Shown here: piece after piece, positions 13,974 to 14,843 of the stretch
Layout of the letters: every line of letters starts with the position of its first letter
Numbering within the stretch: position 1 is the first letter of the stretch
Program-made: the position numbers and the translations under genes
The notes under the pieces: model-generated
What the model was told of the DNA's origin: nothing
Databases searched by the model: none
Seen by the model: only the letters and a program-made list of their open reading frames with translations
NCBI GenBank assembly: GCA_037381445.1
Contig: JARRQT010000154.1
Span: 1-14,843 of the forward strand
Direction: 5' to 3'
Length of the DNA stretch: 14,843 nt
Source: Calditrichia bacterium
Lineage (GTDB): Bacteria > Calditrichota > Calditrichia > RBG-13-44-9

Positions 13974-14843
13974 TCATTTTCTGGTGCCGTTGTGCCCCGG
14001 TTTGTTCTGATTGACCAGCCGGCGGAGCATCACGAAATTTTCTATATATTCGAACAGGTCTTTCGCTTCCTTCGGCCTGATGATTATTTTCCACATTTTT
14101 TTCACAACATTGGAAAAACGCATATAATATTTCCGGTAGGCCTGGCGGATCAGTTTTTCCAGCACGGTTCCGGAGATATTTGGATTTTCGAACACCAGGT
14201 GCAGGCCGTCGTACAGGTCCCAATCCCTGGTCAGCAGTTTATCCGATTCGTATAAATCCTGAAAAAGCCGCGAACCGGGATAGGGAGTCAGCAGGGAAAA
14301 CTGGCAGGTTTCCGGCCTGAGTTTGAGGGCCAGATCAATGGTCTGTTTGACCATGCTTTTCGTTTCATGCTGCTCGCCGATAATAAAACTGCCGTATACC
14401 CGGATATTGTTTTCTTTCAGGAGCTGCACCGCGCTGCGCTGCTGCTCCAGGGTCATGCGTTTCTGATACATGTCCAGAGTGTCCTGATTGGCGCTTTCCA
14501 GCCCCAGAAAAACCATGCGCGCGCCGGCGTCGTACATTTTGCGGGCCATTTCGGGATGTTTCACCAGGATGTCCGCCCGTGAAAAACACCACCACAGGAT
14601 ATCCCATTTACGGGCGATCACCTCATCGCAGAAATCCATGGTGCGGCGGTAACTGAGGGTGAAATTGTCGTCGATAAAAATGAAGCCCTGGAAACCGTTG
14701 TCTATCAGATGTTCCAGCTCGAAGAAGATGGAATCCAGGGTGCGGGTACGCCACTTCAGGCCGGCAAAGCGGCTGGAGGCGCAGAAATAGCAGTCGTAGG
14801 GACAGCCGCGGCTGGTCACAATGGTGGCCATTTTTCGCCCCCG
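13974..14843 (-). CDS. Radical SAM enzyme, probably of the B12-binding-domain subfamily, 5'-partial
   Basis: TSRGCPYDCYFC (CxxxCxxC), FIDDNF, GLES, FIIG, LTPYPGS. The frame is open to the window edge; the cobalamin domain is inferred from subfamily motifs and is not seen. Confidence 0.9.
   Translation of the reverse strand, partial: RGRKMATIVTSRGCPYDCYFCASSRFAGLKWRTRTLDSIFFELEHLIDNGFQGFIFIDDNFTLSYRRTMDFCDEVIARKWDILWWCFSRADILVKHPEMARKMYDAGARMVFLGLESANQDTLDMYQKRMTLEQQRSAVQLLKENNIRVYGSFIIGEQHETKSMVKQTIDLALKLRPETCQFSLLTPYPGSRLFQDLYESDKLLTRDWDLYDGLHLVFENPNISGTVLEKLIRQAYRKYYMRFSNVVKKMWKIIIRPKEAKDLFEYIENFVMLRRLVNQNKPGHNGTRK

Noticed and set aside
13821..14255. 144-aa plus-strand ORF
   Set aside because: TTG start without RBS, mostly antisense to the radical SAM gene.

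Overview
Bacterial genomic window. The Por/T9SS-like NYPNPFN C-terminal domains and overall gene content suggest an FCB-related lineage such as Calditrichota (inference only). Left edge: a partial SAM methyltransferase and a convergent atypical GroES paralogue. Centre (1175-9326, + strand): a six-gene cassette encoding a lipoprotein, a GAF-AAA+-HTH sigma54 activator, a membrane Ser/Thr kinase with PEGA-like repeats, a secreted Kelch protein, a helical/membrane protein ending in a beta-signal-like Phe, and a secreted tandem-repeat protein. Both secreted-protein genes are preceded by matching variant sigma54 promoters (TGGCAT-N5-TTGAW), and the second also has TGCA-N5-TGCA boxes phased 21 bp apart. 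This is the best candidate for an undescribed trans-envelope kinase/sigma54 signalling system. Right (- strand unless noted): a Cys-rich small ORF-trxA-glutaredoxin-groES redox/chaperone cluster without groEL, an intergenic patch of nested palindromic repeats, a secreted C1-family peptidase with Asp at the catalytic Asn position, tRNA-Gly(GCC) and tRNA-Leu(TAA) on + (the latter lacking A73), a NifB/NifX-family gene, and a partial radical SAM enzyme.
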